From contig NC_003450.3 in assembly GCF_000011325.1 (NCBI RefSeq), positions 1,320,001-1,352,000 on the forward strand: a stretch of DNA of 32,000 nt, given 5' to 3'. The number at the start of each line of letters is the position of its first letter. The first letter of the stretch is position 1. Made by a program: the position numbers and the translations under genes. This DNA comes from Corynebacterium glutamicum ATCC 13032 (lineage in GTDB: Bacteria > Actinomycetota > Actinomycetes > Mycobacteriales > Mycobacteriaceae). This document shows, in pieces, positions 1 through 9,014 of this stretch. The notes below the pieces were generated by a model that was not told the DNA's origin, searched no databases, and was given only the letters and a program-made list of their open reading frames with translations.

Positions 1-945
1 ATGTACGCTCGTAAACTTATTGCTCTGTCCGCTTCTGTCGTTTTGGCTTTCAGCTTGTCTGCTTGCAACCGTGAATCTTCTGGCACCAGCGCAGACGGCG
101 GTTCTGCGGATGGGTCGATCACCTTGGCTCTGTCTACCCAGACCAACCCGTTCTTTGTGCAGCTTCGTGATGGTGCCCAGGAAAAGGCTGATGAATTGGG
201 CGTGACCCTCAATGTTCAGGATGCTTCCGATGACGCTGCAACGCAGGCCAACCAGCTCAACAACGCTGTCACCACCGGTGCTGGCGTGGTGATTGTCAAC
301 CCAACTGATTCTGATGCTGTGGTGCCGTCGGTGGAAGCTCTCAACCAGGCTGACATTCCTGTTGTGGCTGTCGACCGTTCCTCCAATGGTGGCGAGGTGG
401 CGTCCTTCGTGGCATCTGACAACGTTGCTGGCGGCGCGCAGGCTGCTGCAGCCCTGGCAGAGGCGATCGGTGGCGAAGGTGAAATCCTCATGCTGCAAGG
501 CATTGCGGGATCCTCTGCATCACGTGATCGTGGACAGGGATTTGAAGAGGAGATCGCTAAGCATGAGGGCATTTCCATTGTGGCTAAGCAGACCGCCAAC
601 TTTGACCGCGGTGAGGGCCTGGACGTGGCAACTAACCTGCTGCAGGCACACCCCAATGTGAAGGCGATCTTCGCGGAAAACGATGAGATGGCGTTGGGCG
701 CAATCGAAGCCCTGGGTGCTCGTGCTGGTGAAGATGTCATCGTTGTCGGTTTCGATGGCACCAATGATGGTCTGGCAGCGGTTGAAGATGGACGCATGTT
801 GGCCACCGTTGCTCAGCAGCCAGAAGAGCTGGGAGCAAAGGCTGTGGAAGAAGCAGCTAAGCTCCTGCGCGGTGAGGACGCTGAAACAGAGGTACCAGTT
901 GAGGTTGTCACTGTGAAGCTCGACAACGTCGCGGACTTCAAGTAG
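1..945 (+). CDS. rbsB: Ribose ABC transporter substrate-binding lipoprotein
   Basis: 314-aa ORF with a lipoprotein signal (LAFSLSAC). Periplasmic sugar-binding fold motifs are present (VVIVNPTDSDA, IPVVAVDR, GFDGT). rbsD follows directly. The ATG sits at window position 1, so the true start cannot be checked upstream. Confidence 0.9.
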   Translation: MYARKLIALSASVVLAFSLSACNRESSGTSADGGSADGSITLALSTQTNPFFVQLRDGAQEKADELGVTLNVQDASDDAATQANQLNNAVTTGAGVVIVNPTDSDAVVPSVEALNQADIPVVAVDRSSNGGEVASFVASDNVAGGAQAAAALAEAIGGEGEILMLQGIAGSSASRDRGQGFEEEIAKHEGISIVAKQTANFDRGEGLDVATNLLQAHPNVKAIFAENDEMALGAIEALGARAGEDVIVVGFDGTNDGLAAVEDGRMLATVAQQPEELGAKAVEEAAKLLRGEDAETEVPVEVVTVKLDNVADFK

Positions 946-951
946 TCGGCG

Positions 952-1323
952 ATGAAAAAGTCCGGTTTACTAAACCCCGATCTGTGTTACGCCATCGCGC
1001 GGCTCGGGCACACCGATACCTGGGCAGTGGCAGATTGCGGATTACCCATCCCAGAACACGTAGAGATCATCGATTTGGCACTCGTGTTTGGGATCCCCAC
1101 CTTTGAACAAGTACTGAATGCTCTCAAGCCGGAAGTAGTTGTGGAAGGCGCGGTGATTGCCGAAGGGGCACCCGAACGTATCCGCGAAATGGTGGATACG
1201 GATGTGGAAGTTGTCACGCATGAAGAGCTGAAAGCCCAGCTCGCGGAATGTGCCTTTGTCATTCGAACAGGGGAGACCACTGCGTATGCGAATGTGATCT
1301 TCAAATCAGGCGTAGCTTTCTAA
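952..1323 (+). CDS. rbsD: D-ribose pyranase
   Basis: 123-aa ORF starting 7 bp after rbsB. The N-terminus MKKSGLLNPDLCYAIARLGHTDTWAVADCGLPIP is typical of RbsD. Confidence 0.9.
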   Translation: MKKSGLLNPDLCYAIARLGHTDTWAVADCGLPIPEHVEIIDLALVFGIPTFEQVLNALKPEVVVEGAVIAEGAPERIREMVDTDVEVVTHEELKAQLAECAFVIRTGETTAYANVIFKSGVAF

Positions 1324-1341
1324 GAAAGTGTCGTTTTTTGT

Positions 1342-1388
1342 GCACCTGTTTTGCGGCGCCCCAAGCGCTGCAAAACGGGTGCATTTTG
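1342..1388 (+). terminator. Putative rho-independent terminator of the rbs operon
   Basis: Stem gcacctgttttgc ... gcaaaacgggtgc (13 bp, 1 mismatch) followed by attttg. The T-tract is weak. Confidence 0.5.
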
Positions 1389-1475
1389 ACGTCGAAAAGC
1401 AATGAATTTAATGCTTTTAACCTGGATTTTCTCTAGAAATAGGACAAAACGCGATTCTATGACTATATTCATCTC

Positions 1476-2114
1476 ATGCAATTCGCACAAAACCCGCGTC
1501 TGACGAACGACGCGGTGATCTTAGAACCACTGTCACATCAGTGGACTCAGGATCTCCAGGAAGCTGTCGCCTCACAAGAATTGTGGCGCCATTGGTTCGT
1601 CGCTCTACCCACCCCAGAGGGCATGGCGGAGGAAATTGACCGCCGCCTAGCCGAACATGCAGACGGACTGTGTGCGCCTTGGGCAATCATTTCCGCTGCA
1701 ACAGGCCGTGCCGTTGGCATGACCTCATTTCATACCCTTGACCACGCGAATAAACGGCTGGAAATTGGACGCACATGGATGGCTGCCCATGTCCAAGGAA
1801 CCGGCATCAACCCCTCGGTGAAATTCCTGCAGTTGCAGCGCGCTTTTGAAGACCTCGGTGTCAATGCCGTGGAATTCCGAACGAACTGGCACAACCACCG
1901 CTCCCGCGCCGCAATCGAACGACTCGGAGCAAAACAAGACGGCGTACTACGCAAACATCGCATCCACCCTGACGGCACCGTCCGCGACACCGTCATCTAT
2001 TCCATCACCAACGATGAATGGCCTGCCGTCAAACTGACGCTCATGGAGCGACTGTACCGTCACATGCAGGTTCCCATCATTCCCAACGAGGCATCGCTTT
2101 TCGACGCCAGCTAG
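1476..2114 (+). CDS. GNAT-family N-acetyltransferase (RimJ/RimL-like)
   Basis: 212-aa ORF. It has the pattern LEIGRTWMA...QGTGINP..K.L.L..AFE.LG..AVEFRT...N..S...IERLGA..DG.LR typical of the Acetyltransf_3/RimJ family. Confidence 0.8.
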   Translation: MQFAQNPRLTNDAVILEPLSHQWTQDLQEAVASQELWRHWFVALPTPEGMAEEIDRRLAEHADGLCAPWAIISAATGRAVGMTSFHTLDHANKRLEIGRTWMAAHVQGTGINPSVKFLQLQRAFEDLGVNAVEFRTNWHNHRSRAAIERLGAKQDGVLRKHRIHPDGTVRDTVIYSITNDEWPAVKLTLMERLYRHMQVPIIPNEASLFDAS

Positions 2115-2129
2115 CCCCTTTGTTCACCC

Positions 2130-2179
2130 AAACCGGCGCTTACTGTGAATTCATCATTCACAATGGGCGCCGGTTTTTT
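2130..2179 (+). terminator. Rho-independent terminator
   Basis: Outer stem aaaccggcgc / gcgccggttt and inner stem tgtgaat / attcaca, followed by a tttttt run. Confidence 0.7.
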
Positions 2180-2343
2180 CTATTTGGGATCGGTGGTTTG
2201 CGTTTTAGGAGGCGACTTCAGTAGGGAATCGGGACTTTGTTGACTGAAGTCGTGTGATGAGAAGTTGAGCGCGCGAAGTTGAGGGGGAGAAGTCGCCTAT
2301 TGGGGGTTATTTTCGATGCCCGATCACAGTAATCTCGAACAGG

Positions 2344-2362
2344 TTAGGTAAGGTTTGCATAC
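2344..2362. promoter_or_regulatory. Candidate DtxR (IdeR-type) iron box
   Basis: TTAGGTAAGGTTTGCATAC matches the 19-bp DtxR consensus TTAGGTTAGSCTAACCTAA, as I remember it, at about 13/19 positions. It lies 31-49 bp upstream of the siderophore-binding lipoprotein start. Confidence 0.5.
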
Positions 2363-2392
2363 TTTATTTTTATCCTGAAGGGACGGGCGCCA

Positions 2393-3409
2393 ATGAAAAA
2401 GCGTGTCAGTTTATTTAAGTCAGCTGCATCGATTGTGGTGGTTGCGGGAATGGCGTTGGGTATGGTGGGTTGCTCATCGACCGAATCGGAGAGTGAATCT
2501 AGCGCTGACGTGACATCATCTGCCGATGGGGCATATCCAGTGTCCATCGCGACCAAATTCGGTGATGTCACTGTGGAAAGCCAACCAGAACGCGTCGTTG
2601 CCCTGGGTTGGGGAGATGCTGAGGCTGCGCTGGAATTCGGTGTGCAGCCTGTGGGTGCATCAGATTGGCTCGCATTCGGTGGTGAAGGCGTGGGACCGTG
2701 GATTGAGGATTCTGCCTACGATGAAGCGCCAGAAATAATCGGAACCATGGAACCGGAGTATGAAAAGATTGCAGCGCTTGAACCGGATCTGATTTTGGAC
2801 GTGCGCAGCTCTGGCGACCAGGAACGCTATGACAAGTTGTCTTCAATCGCACTGACCATCGGCGTTCCAGAAGGTGGCGATAGCTACCTCACCCCACGCG
2901 CTGAGCAGGTAACCATGATCGCCACTGCTCTGGGGCAGGCTGAACGTGGTGAAGAAGTGAACGCTGAATACGAGCAGCTCACTGCTGATATTCGTGCAGC
3001 TCACCCGGGCTGGCCTGAGAAGACCGCGGCTGCTGTATCTGCAACGGCAACCAGCTGGGGTGCATACATCAAGGGCTCCAACCGTGTAGATACTTTGCTG
3101 GACCTGGGCTTCCAGGAAAACCCTGAGCTGGCTAAACAGCAACCTGGCGATACGGGTTTCTCCATCAAATTCAGTGAAGAGACTTTCGGCGTTGTGGATT
3201 CCGACCTGGTTGTCGGCTTTGCCATCGGTATGACTCCTGAGGAAATGGCAGAGCAGGTTCCATGGCAGATGTTGACCGCCACTCGTGACGGCCGTTCCTT
3301 TGTGATGCCCCGTGAGATTTCCAATGCGTTTTCTTTGGGTTCCCCGCAGTCCACTCGGTTCGCGTTAGACGCCTTGGTGCCACTTCTGGAGGAGCATGCA
3401 GGGGAGTAG
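2393..3409 (+). CDS. ABC-type Fe3+-siderophore substrate-binding lipoprotein
   Basis: 338-aa ORF with a lipobox (LGMVGCSS). The FecB/FepB-like pattern is present (PERVVALGWGDAEAALEFGVQPVG, EPDLILD). No cognate permease or ATPase lies adjacent. Confidence 0.85.
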   Translation: MKKRVSLFKSAASIVVVAGMALGMVGCSSTESESESSADVTSSADGAYPVSIATKFGDVTVESQPERVVALGWGDAEAALEFGVQPVGASDWLAFGGEGVGPWIEDSAYDEAPEIIGTMEPEYEKIAALEPDLILDVRSSGDQERYDKLSSIALTIGVPEGGDSYLTPRAEQVTMIATALGQAERGEEVNAEYEQLTADIRAAHPGWPEKTAAAVSATATSWGAYIKGSNRVDTLLDLGFQENPELAKQQPGDTGFSIKFSEETFGVVDSDLVVGFAIGMTPEEMAEQVPWQMLTATRDGRSFVMPREISNAFSLGSPQSTRFALDALVPLLEEHAGE

Positions 3410-3532
3410 TGGTCCGGTGGTGCGGGCAGGGGGTAGCGGTCGAATTATTTGCCTGTGGGCATAATTTTGAGACAAAATAATAGAAACGTCTCAGATGTTG
3501 GGAAGTTCTTCACGCTATCAGTTAGGGAGCAC

Positions 3533-4540
3533 ATGAGTACTCAAGTTGAACTCAAAACACCGAAATCGGAAGACCGGGCAGCATATATCGCTGCATTGGG
3601 ATTCCCGGTCTTGGTCATCATTGGCGGCATCATCGGATTCACAGCCTCGGATGTTGTGCTCAATATTTCTTCGTGGGTCAATCCTTTGCTGGGCATCATC
3701 ATGTTCTCCATGGGCCTGACCTTGAAGCCAGTTGACTTCGCCCTTGTTGCTAAACGCCCACTCCCAGTTCTTATCGGCGTGATCGCCCAGTTTGTCATCA
3801 TGCCCCTGATCGCATTGCTGGTGGTCTGGGTTTTGCAGCTGCCTGCGGAAATTGCGGCCGGTGTCATCTTGGTTGGTTGTGCACCTGGCGGAACTTCCTC
3901 CAACGTGGTGTCTTACCTGTCCCGTGGTGATGTTGCGCTGTCTGTCACCATGACTTCCATCTCCACGCTGCTTGCTCCAATTTTCACTCCACTGCTTACC
4001 CTGTGGCTGGCGGGGCAATACATGCCACTTAATGCCGCTGATATGGCTGTATCCATCGTCCAAGTTGTGCTGATCCCAGTCGTGGGCGGACTTGTTGTGC
4101 GGTTGATCTTCCCGACACTCATTGGCAAGGTTTTGCCTCTTTTGCCATGGATTTCAGTCATTGCGATTTCATTGATCGTTGCCATCGTGGTCGCTGGTTC
4201 AAGGGATAAAATCCTCGAAGCAGGACTGCTCGTGCTGGCTGCCGTGATTATTCACAACACCCTCGGCTACTCCCTGGGATACCTCGCTGCGAAATTCACT
4301 GGGCAGCCTGCTGCAGCTCGACGCACTACCGCGATTGAGGTCGGTATGCAAAACTCCGGCCTCGCAGCTGGACTCGCATCCCAGTACATGTCACCAATGT
4401 CTGCTCTGCCAGGCGCTATCTTCTCTGTCTGGCACAACCTTTCCGGAGCACTTCTTGCTGCATTGTGCAGGGCGTCCGATAAGAGGGCTGCGGAGAAGGT
4501 GGCTTCAGAAAAGGCTGCCTCGGAGAAGGCCGCTTCCTAA
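3533..4540 (+). CDS. Bile acid:Na+ symporter (BASS/SBF) family transporter
   Basis: Polytopic membrane protein with the GCAPGGTSSNV and MQNSGLAA motifs characteristic of the BASS family. I prefer the ATG at 3533 (MSTQVELK), preceded by agggag, over the track start at 3449. Confidence 0.85.
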   Translation: MSTQVELKTPKSEDRAAYIAALGFPVLVIIGGIIGFTASDVVLNISSWVNPLLGIIMFSMGLTLKPVDFALVAKRPLPVLIGVIAQFVIMPLIALLVVWVLQLPAEIAAGVILVGCAPGGTSSNVVSYLSRGDVALSVTMTSISTLLAPIFTPLLTLWLAGQYMPLNAADMAVSIVQVVLIPVVGGLVVRLIFPTLIGKVLPLLPWISVIAISLIVAIVVAGSRDKILEAGLLVLAAVIIHNTLGYSLGYLAAKFTGQPAAARRTTAIEVGMQNSGLAAGLASQYMSPMSALPGAIFSVWHNLSGALLAALCRASDKRAAEKVASEKAASEKAAS

Positions 4541-4546
4541 AAGGCT
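4487..4546 (+). repeat. Four tandem 15-nt units encoding (A/V)A(A/S)EK at the 3' end of the transporter gene
   Basis: The units are gctgcggagaaggtg / gcttcagaaaaggct / gcctcggagaaggcc / gcttccTAAaaggct. The stop codon lies inside the fourth unit, where the other units have GAA/GAG. Confidence 0.7.
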
Positions 4547-4583
4547 TCGCTCCTAAAACTCTTTAAGAGTCAGGCCAACTAGC

Positions 4584-4626
4584 CCGCCCGGTTTTCTCGT
4601 GAAAATCAGGCGGTCTTTGGCTTTTC
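4584..4626 (+). terminator. Possible terminator (imperfect hairpin plus T-rich tail)
   Basis: cccgcccggttttc tcgt gaaaatcaggcgg has 2 mismatches and is followed by tctttggctttt. Confidence 0.35.
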
Positions 4627-4753
4627 TAAAGTGTTTCTAAAGCCACCTTCGACCTCAATTAAGCAGCAATCCGAGCCGGGGGAGCGCTGTCAGAAATGGA
4701 CCGTGCCACCCCATGACAACATGCTTGCACAATGATGACTAGAATAATGACCC

Positions 4754-6259
4754 ATGACTGCAGCCTTTTATGATCTGATGGACTTCGATGAAGTTCTAGA
4801 GAAATATGACCCGGTGATGGGACTTGAGGTCCACGTCGAACTGGGCACTGAGACCAAGATGTTCTCTGCATCTTCTGCACACTTTGGCGCTGAACCCAAT
4901 AGCAATGTTGACCCAGTTTCTTTGGGTCTCCCAGGCGCACTTCCTGTGGTTAACGCCAAGGGCGTGGAGTGGGCAATTAAGATTGGACTGGCGCTGAACT
5001 GCAGCATCGCTGAGTCCTCACGCTTTGCACGTAAGAACTACTTCTACCCGGATCAGCCTAAGAACTACCAGATCTCCCAGTATGACGAGCCAATCGCATA
5101 CGACGGCTACCTGGATGTTGTTCTGGAGGACGGCACCGAGTGGCGTGTGGAAATCGAACGCGCTCACATGGAGGAAGACACCGGAAAGCTCACCCACCTG
5201 GGTGGTACTTCTGGTCGTATTCACGGCGCAACCGCTTCTTTGGTGGACTGCAACCGTGCAGGCGTCCCTTTGATTGAGGTTGTCACCAAGCCAATCGAAG
5301 GCGCTGGCGCTCGCGCTCCAGAGATCGCTAAGGCTTATGTCTCCGCACTGCGCGATCTGGTTAAGGCGCTCGGTGTGTCCGACGGCCGCTTGGATCAGGG
5401 TTCTATGCGTGTCGACGCCAACCTGTCCCTGCGCCCGATCGGCCAGGAGGAATTCGGCACCCGTACCGAAACCAAGAACATCAACTCCCTGAAGTCCGTT
5501 GAGCAGGCCATCACCTTTGAGATGCAGCGCCAGGCTCAGGTACTGGACGACGGTGGTGTGATTGATCAGGAAACCCGCCACTACCAGGAGGCAGACGGAA
5601 GTACCTCCAAGGGTCGTCCAAAGGAAACCGCTGAGGATTACCGTTACTTCAACGATCCTGACCTGCCTCCAGTGATTGCGCCTCGTGAGTGGGTGGAAGA
5701 AATCCGCGCAACTCTTCCAGAGCTGCCTTGGGTTCGCCGTGCACGTATCCAGGAAGAGTGGAAGCTTTCCGACGCCGAGATGCGCGACCTCATCAACGCC
5801 AACGCGCTCGACCTCATCATCGAGACCGTGGAAGCGGGTACCACTCCTGATGAAGCTCGTGCTTGGTGGGTTTCTTACATCTCTCAGAAGGCTAACGAGT
5901 CTGGTGTCGAGCTCGATGCTCTCGGTGTTGCGCCAGCTCACGTTGCTCGCGTCGTTGCGCTTGTTTCTGAAGGCAAGCTGACCAATAAGCTGGCACGTCA
6001 GGCTATCGACGGCGTTATTGCTGGCGAAGGCGATGTGGACGCGGTTGTTGCTGCTCGTGGACTGGAAGTTGTTCGCGATGACGGCGCAATTGAAAAGGCT
6101 GTCGATGATGCCTTGGCTGCAAACCCAGACATCGTGGAGAAGTACCGCGCTGGCAACACCAAGGTCACCGGCGCCATCGTTGGTGCTGTCATGAAGGCGA
6201 CCCGCGGTAAGGCTGACCCAGCTCAGGTGAACCAGCTGATCGCAAAGAAGTTGGCTTAA
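4754..6259 (+). CDS. gatB: Asp-tRNA(Asn)/Glu-tRNA(Gln) amidotransferase subunit B
   Basis: 501-aa ORF with full-length GatB motifs (GLEVHVEL, [14 protein letters not shown], SMRVDANLS, and the C-terminal YqeY-like tail [12 protein letters not shown]). Confidence 0.95.
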   Translation: MTAAFYDLMDFDEVLEKYDPVMGLEVHVELGTETKMFSASSAHFGAEPNSNVDPVSLGLPGALPVVNAKGVEWAIKIGLALNCSIAESSRFARKNYFYPDQPKNYQISQYDEPIAYDGYLDVVLEDGTEWRVEIERAHMEEDTGKLTHLGGTSGRIHGATASLVDCNRAGVPLIEVVTKPIEGAGARAPEIAKAYVSALRDLVKALGVSDGRLDQGSMRVDANLSLRPIGQEEFGTRTETKNINSLKSVEQAITFEMQRQAQVLDDGGVIDQETRHYQEADGSTSKGRPKETAEDYRYFNDPDLPPVIAPREWVEEIRATLPELPWVRRARIQEEWKLSDAEMRDLINANALDLIIETVEAGTTPDEARAWWVSYISQKANESGVELDALGVAPAHVARVVALVSEGKLTNKLARQAIDGVIAGEGDVDAVVAARGLEVVRDDGAIEKAVDDALAANPDIVEKYRAGNTKVTGAIVGAVMKATRGKADPAQVNQLIAKKLA

Positions 6260-6301
6260 GCTTTTTGCCGTTGAGCTGCTAAAAGTCTCGCATTAAAGGA
6301 C

Positions 6302-6330
6302 TGCTTCCCTTCGGGGGAGCATTTCTTTTT
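6302..6330 (+). terminator. Rho-independent terminator after gatB
   Basis: Stem tgcttccc / ggggagca with a ttcg loop, followed by tttcttttt. Confidence 0.6.
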
Positions 6331-6332
6331 AA

Positions 6333-6360
6333 CTAATTACTTGACACGTCAAGTAATTAG
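6333..6360. promoter_or_regulatory. 28-bp perfect palindrome (13-bp arms, 2-bp spacer) overlapping a TTGACA -35 box; candidate operator
   Basis: The sequence is CTAATTACTTGAC ac GTCAAGTAATTAG. TTGACA lies at 6341-6346 and a TAGTGT -10-like hexamer lies 18 nt downstream at 6365-6370. Confidence 0.5.
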
Positions 6361-6473
6361 GGTCTAGTGTTGTGTTCATGATCAAAGAACTGCTCAACAA
6401 GCTCTTCGGAAACAAGAAGGCTTCCCCGGCAATGACACAATCTGAAACCATTTCACACAAGGAGAACAACACA

Positions 6474-7052
6474 ATGACCACTTACACCATCTTCGGCCGC
6501 GGCAACATGGGCACCGCAATCGCAGGCGTCCTCACCAAGGGTGGTGCAACTGTAGAACACATCGGTTCTGCAGATTCTGACATCGCAACCATCAACGGTG
6601 ACGTTGTTATCCTTGCTGTTCCTTACCCAGCAGTAGAGTCCATCATTGCAAGCCACAAGGATGCTCTCGCAGGCAAGACCGTTATCGATATCACCAACCC
6701 ACTTAACTTCGAGACCTTCGATTCCCTCGTCGTTCCAGTTGGTTCTTCTGCAACCGCTGAGATCCAGGCTCAGCTTCCAACCTCCCGCGTTTTGAAGGCT
6801 TTCAACACCAACTTCGCAGCCACTTTGGCTACCGGAAAGGTTGGCGATATCACCACCACCGTTTTAGTTGCAGGCGATGATGAAGACGCAAAGAACGCTC
6901 TTATCACCGACGTCAACGCTGGCGGCCTCGACGCCCTTGACGCTGGTTCCCTCAAGCGTGCACACGAGCTTGAAGCAGTTGGTTTCCTGCAGCTCACCCT
7001 TGCAGGTTCCGAGAAGATTGGATGGACCGGCGGATTCGGCCTGGTCAAGTAA
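6474..7052 (+). CDS. NADP oxidoreductase, coenzyme-F420-dependent (NpdG-like) family dinucleotide-binding protein
   Basis: The N-terminal Rossmann motif is IFGRGNMGTAIAG. The start at 6474 (MTTYTIFG) is preceded by aaggag. The track ORF start at 6372 adds an unlikely 34-aa extension. Confidence 0.75.
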   Translation: MTTYTIFGRGNMGTAIAGVLTKGGATVEHIGSADSDIATINGDVVILAVPYPAVESIIASHKDALAGKTVIDITNPLNFETFDSLVVPVGSSATAEIQAQLPTSRVLKAFNTNFAATLATGKVGDITTTVLVAGDDEDAKNALITDVNAGGLDALDAGSLKRAHELEAVGFLQLTLAGSEKIGWTGGFGLVK

Positions 7053-7078
7053 CACCCAGCCTCAAAAGCACTGATAAA

Positions 7079-7112
7079 AGCAGTCAACCCACCTCGGGTT
7101 GGCTGCTTTTTT
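7079..7112 (+). terminator. Rho-independent terminator
   Basis: Stem agcagtcaaccc / gggttggctgct (12 bp, one G-U pair) with loop acctc, followed by tttttt. Confidence 0.8.
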
Positions 7113-7160
7113 GCATCCAGATGCACAAAGCCGTGGCACAAACGAGACAAACTGAGCACA

Positions 7161-8246
7161 ATGGCTGTCATGGCATATCAACCAGCAGACAATCGCTATG
7201 ACGACATGATCTACCGCAGGGTGGGAAATTCTGGGCTGAAGCTTCCGGCAATTTCGCTTGGGCTGTGGCACAACTTCGGTGATGACAAGCCGCTTTCAAC
7301 GCAGCGCAGCATTATTCACCGCGCGTTTGATAGGGGAGTCACTCACTTCGATTTGGCTAATAACTATGGACCTCCAGCAGGTTCCGCAGAGACCAACTTT
7401 GGCAGGATTTTGCGTGAGGATCTCAAAAGCCACCGCGATGAGTTGATCATTTCTTCCAAGGCGGGTTGGGATATGTGGCCTGGACCTTATGGTTTTGGTG
7501 GTTCCCGAAAGTATCTAGTGAGTTCCCTTGATCAGTCCCTGACTCGCCTCGGCTTGGATTACGTGGATATTTTCTATCATCACCGCCCGGATCCAGATAC
7601 TCCTTTGGAAGAAACCATGTACGCATTGCGTGACATTGTTGCGTCTGGAAAGGCTCTTTACGTGGGTATTTCTTCCTACGGTCCAGAGCTCACAGCGGAG
7701 GCGGCTGAGTTCATGGCGGAGGAGGGCTGCCCGCTTCTGATTCATCAGCCAAGCTATTCCATCATTAATCGTTGGGTGGAGGAACCGGGCGATGACGGTG
7801 AGAACTTGTTGCAGTCAGCTGCCAACAATGGTCTTGGCGTCATTGCTTTCTCACCACTTGCGCAGGGCCTGCTCACGGACAAATATCTCGATGGAATTCC
7901 AGAGGGTTCCCGCGCCAGCCAGGGTAAGTCCCTGTCTGAGGGCATGTTGAACGTGAACAATATTGATATGGTCCGCAAGCTCAATGACATCGCCCAGGAA
8001 CGCGGGCAGTCACTTGCGCAGATGGCGCTTGCATGGGTGCTGCGCGAGCAAGGAGAGTACGGCGCGGATACCGTGACCAGTGCATTGATTGGTGCTTCGT
8101 CAGTTGAGCAGCTGGACAACAGCCTTGATTCACTCAACAACTTGGAGTTTTCTGACGCCGAGTTGGAGGCGATCGATGAGATTTCCCACGACGCCGGCAT
8201 CAACATTTGGGCGAAGGCCACCGATTCCAAAACCCGCGAAAACTAA
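7161..8246 (+). CDS. Aldo/keto reductase (YghZ / K+-channel beta-subunit-like)
   Basis: 361-aa ORF. AKR signatures are present (GVTHFDLANNYG, LDYVDIFYHHRPD, GKALYVGISSY, the LIHQPSYS region and the IAFSPLAQGLLT region). Confidence 0.9.
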   Translation: MAVMAYQPADNRYDDMIYRRVGNSGLKLPAISLGLWHNFGDDKPLSTQRSIIHRAFDRGVTHFDLANNYGPPAGSAETNFGRILREDLKSHRDELIISSKAGWDMWPGPYGFGGSRKYLVSSLDQSLTRLGLDYVDIFYHHRPDPDTPLEETMYALRDIVASGKALYVGISSYGPELTAEAAEFMAEEGCPLLIHQPSYSIINRWVEEPGDDGENLLQSAANNGLGVIAFSPLAQGLLTDKYLDGIPEGSRASQGKSLSEGMLNVNNIDMVRKLNDIAQERGQSLAQMALAWVLREQGEYGADTVTSALIGASSVEQLDNSLDSLNNLEFSDAELEAIDEISHDAGINIWAKATDSKTREN

Positions 8247-8953
8247 CCCATCAACATCAGTTTGATGGCCAATGCGGTCATCACAACTGCCACGACGACG
8301 TTGATCCAGCGCCACACCTTGGGGCTGGACAGCGGGCGTGACAATGCTGCTGCGCCGAAACCCACCAGCGGGAACCAGATCAGGCTTGCCGCGAACGCGC
8401 CAGCGGCGAAAATCCACCGTCCGGTGTCGCCGTATTGCGCGCCGACGCCGCCGATAAACACAAACGCGTCCAAATACGCATTCGGGTTCAACCAGGTCAG
8501 CACGATTGCCATCAACATGGGCTTTACCCAAACCCGCTGCTTATCGACGCTCACCTCCACCCGCACCCGGTTGCGCGTGTCAGTGGCCACCGCCGAACCG
8601 CCCAAAGGCGTGTCATCGGGCACGGTTGGTTCTGTTTCTTCAATGATCTGTGGCGCTTCCACCTTGTTTGTCATGGCGTCTTTCGCTGCCATGACGGCAA
8701 ACCATAACAGGTAAGCGATGCCACCCCAGCGCATAATATCGAGCACGATCGGCGCGGCATTGGACAAAAGATCAACGCCCAAGGTGCCGGCGATGAACAA
8801 AAAGACGTCAGAAATTAAACACACGAGAAGAACCGCAATGAGTCCTTCGCGCTTAATTCCTTGTTTAATCACCAGTACATTCTGCGGTCCGATGGACAGT
8901 AAAAGACTGGCCCCCAAAAGCAGACCTGTAATGAAGATTTCCATGATCACCAT
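8243..8953 (-). CDS. lysE: L-lysine/L-arginine exporter LysE
   Basis: The 236-aa product (MVIMEIFITGLLLGASLLLSIGPQNVLVIKQG...) is the C. glutamicum LysE sequence as I remember it. It lies divergent to lysG. Confidence 0.97.
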   Translation of the reverse strand: MVIMEIFITGLLLGASLLLSIGPQNVLVIKQGIKREGLIAVLLVCLISDVFLFIAGTLGVDLLSNAAPIVLDIMRWGGIAYLLWFAVMAAKDAMTNKVEAPQIIEETEPTVPDDTPLGGSAVATDTRNRVRVEVSVDKQRVWVKPMLMAIVLTWLNPNAYLDAFVFIGGVGAQYGDTGRWIFAAGAFAASLIWFPLVGFGAAALSRPLSSPKVWRWINVVVAVVMTALAIKLMLMG

Positions 8954-9014
8954 CGTGACCTATGGAAGTACTTAAGTAAAATGATTGGTTCTTAACATGG
9001 TTTAATATAGCTTC
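8954..9014. promoter_or_regulatory. lysE-lysG divergent control region (61 bp)
   Basis: All of the intergenic space between the two start codons. It contains the inverted repeat TTAAG-N14-CTTAA (8972-8995). TAATAT at 9003-9008 lies 6 nt before the lysG ATG, which suggests a leaderless lysG mRNA. LysG is known to act in this region. Confidence 0.6.

Noticed and set aside
4712-4753. Promoter call for gatB (TAGAAT at 4740-4745, 8 nt before the ATG, suggesting a leaderless mRNA)
   Set aside because: The -10-like hexamer is there, but no -35 lies at proper spacing (TTGCAC is 9 nt away, TGACAA is 20 nt away). This is too weak to list as a feature without transcription-start data.
5018-5941. 307-aa ORF on the minus strand
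   Set aside because: It is antisense to gatB. It is a shadow ORF.
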